From the IMG/VR virus record IMGVR_UViG_3300044612_002737, positions 3,206 to 67,205 of that record: a stretch of 64,000 bases of DNA, one strand, 5' to 3'. The notes below the pieces were generated by a model. It was given only the letters and a program-made list of their open reading frames with translations. It was not told where the DNA came from and searched no databases. The stretch is from a virus. Below are positions 62,620-64,000 of this stretch, piece after piece. The stretch's first letter is position 1. The number at the start of each line of letters is the position of its first letter. A program made the position numbers and the translations under genes.

Positions 62620-62776
62620 GCGGGCGGGAAACATCCGCTGCCGGTCTGCTGACGGGCAGCCGATGGCTCTCGTCCACCAGCGACGATGGAGAGGGGAGAG
62701 TGACCCGGCTCGACCTGTGCGCACCCGGAGAAGCAATGGAAGAGGGGCAGGCACAGGGAGCCGGGTCACCGAGGGG

Positions 62777-64000
62777 TCACGCCTCGGCGGCGCGGTTGGC
62801 GAGGACGGGGAGCAGCGAGCCGGCGGCGCGCTCGACGCGCCAGCGCTGCGCCTCGTCGAGCATGCCGTCGTGGGCGGCACGGGTCACGGCGTTGAAGATG
62901 TCGGCGAGGGTCTCGCCGGGCTCGACGTCGAAGCCGCGGAGGAGCGCCTCGACCATCACGTCGCGGCCCACGTCGGCGTCGAGGTCGCCGCTGCTCACGA
63001 GGTTGCGGAGGAACACCTTGGGGTCGGCGATCCGGCCCACCTTCGTGATGGGGGTCTCGCGCAGGGTGCCCCACGCGTCGAGGAAGAACCGGGCGGCGTC
63101 GCCGGTGCGGCTCACGAGGTCGCCGACGTCCTGCTGCACCTTGGCGAGGCCCTGCGCGGTGAGGTCGGAGACCCGGCTGCCCTTGTGGACCCGACGCAGG
63201 CTCTCGTTCCCGAAGTCGCCGGTCGTGCAGTTGATGCAGATGATGCGGGTGAAGGTGTTGCCGCCACGGTGCGCGCCGTTGCCGGCGTCGTTCGTGCGGC
63301 CGGTGATGCCGCTCTCGAACACGTCGCCGACGCTGGGCCGGAAGGACACCGGCGCGTGCCACGTCGCGCGGATGGTCACGTCGGTGGTCTCACCGTTGTA
63401 GGCGATGGCGCCTCGGGGGTCGGGCAGACCCAGGGCGTCGAGGGTCTCGACGTAGGCACCGAGGACGCGGTCGGCGTCCATCGGCATGTAGGTGGGCGAG
63501 ACCGCGGCGAAGGCACGCCAGCCGCCCACGTTGCGGAGCCGGAGCCGGAGGTTGCGCTCGTCGTCGGAGTACCACTCCGACAGGCGGGAGAGTTGCGCGT
63601 TGACCGCCTCGGCGCGGGCGGCCGGGTCGAGCAGGGCGAGGAAGGACCACGCGCCCGGGAACGCCTTGGGGAACCGGCCGATGATGCCCTTGAGCGCGTT
63701 GGGCTCGAGCGCGATGTCACCCTTGCCGCGGGTGAGCGTGCCCTCGGGGGTGAGGCGCAGGGCCCGGGCGTCGCCGAGGACCATGTCGCGCCGGTCCTCG
63801 GCGCGGATCACGTCGATGACCTCGGCCGCCGCGTCGCGGAAGACGGGCAGGTCCTCGTGCCGCTTGGCGAGGGAGCCGAACTTGGCGCGCCCCTCGGGGA
63901 GCATCTCCGTGCCGGCGGCGAACCACGTCGGCGGCGGGGCGAAGCCGCGCGCCTTGAGGAACGCCTCGGTGGCGGCGATGCGCTTCGCGGCCTCGGGGTC
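62777..64000 (-). CDS. DUF932-family protein, 5' truncated by the window edge
   Basis: RAFAAVSPTY..D, GITGRTNDAG, RIICINC, RRVHKG; frame open to 64000. Confidence 0.75.
   Translation of the reverse strand, partial: DPEAAKRIAATEAFLKARGFAPPPTWFAAGTEMLPEGRAKFGSLAKRHEDLPVFRDAAAEVIDVIRAEDRRDMVLGDARALRLTPEGTLTRGKGDIALEPNALKGIIGRFPKAFPGAWSFLALLDPAARAEAVNAQLSRLSEWYSDDERNLRLRLRNVGGWRAFAAVSPTYMPMDADRVLGAYVETLDALGLPDPRGAIAYNGETTDVTIRATWHAPVSFRPSVGDVFESGITGRTNDAGNGAHRGGNTFTRIICINCTTGDFGNESLRRVHKGSRVSDLTAQGLAKVQQDVGDLVSRTGDAARFFLDAWGTLRETPITKVGRIADPKVFLRNLVSSGDLDADVGRDVMVEALLRGFDVEPGETLADIFNAVTRAAHDGMLDEAQRWRVERAAGSLLPVLANRAAEA

Overview
The window is almost entirely a high-GC tailed dsDNA phage with a podovirus-like (P22/T7-style) virion gene set: no tape measure or sheath gene, but adaptor, nozzle and large ejection-type proteins. 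I see no integrase, tRNA, rRNA, CRISPR array or reverse transcriptase. Layout: (i) small leftward genes at 1-700, which lack TCGAG/AGCT sites, then a hairpin and a C-rich tract that may mark a genome end; (ii) an RNAP alpha-CTD-like/RHH-like protein; (iii) a leftward TerL-portal-scaffold module diverging from small basic genes, capsid, tail and ejection genes, including a 3576-aa polyvalent protein with two ART-like modules and a zincin peptidase; (iv) tail fibres and a GH46-like endolysin; (v) an XRE regulator diverging from a replication arm (SF2 helicase, Cas4-like exonuclease, Sak4-like ATPase, SSB, Dps-like protein, Dam, UDG-PolA fusion, a four-gene shared-C-terminus array, Rad50-like ATPase, DUF927 helicase, TerS-like protein); (vi) leftward accessory genes including a solo WYL-like domain and a DUF932 protein truncated by the window edge. 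Best leads: the repeat-flanked ART-like cassette in the ejection protein, the variable-N/constant-C gene array, a PolA with His at the steric gate and no visible primase, the alpha-CTD fusion, a shared promoter box and several structured non-coding segments. All family calls are motif recognition by eye; no database searches were run.
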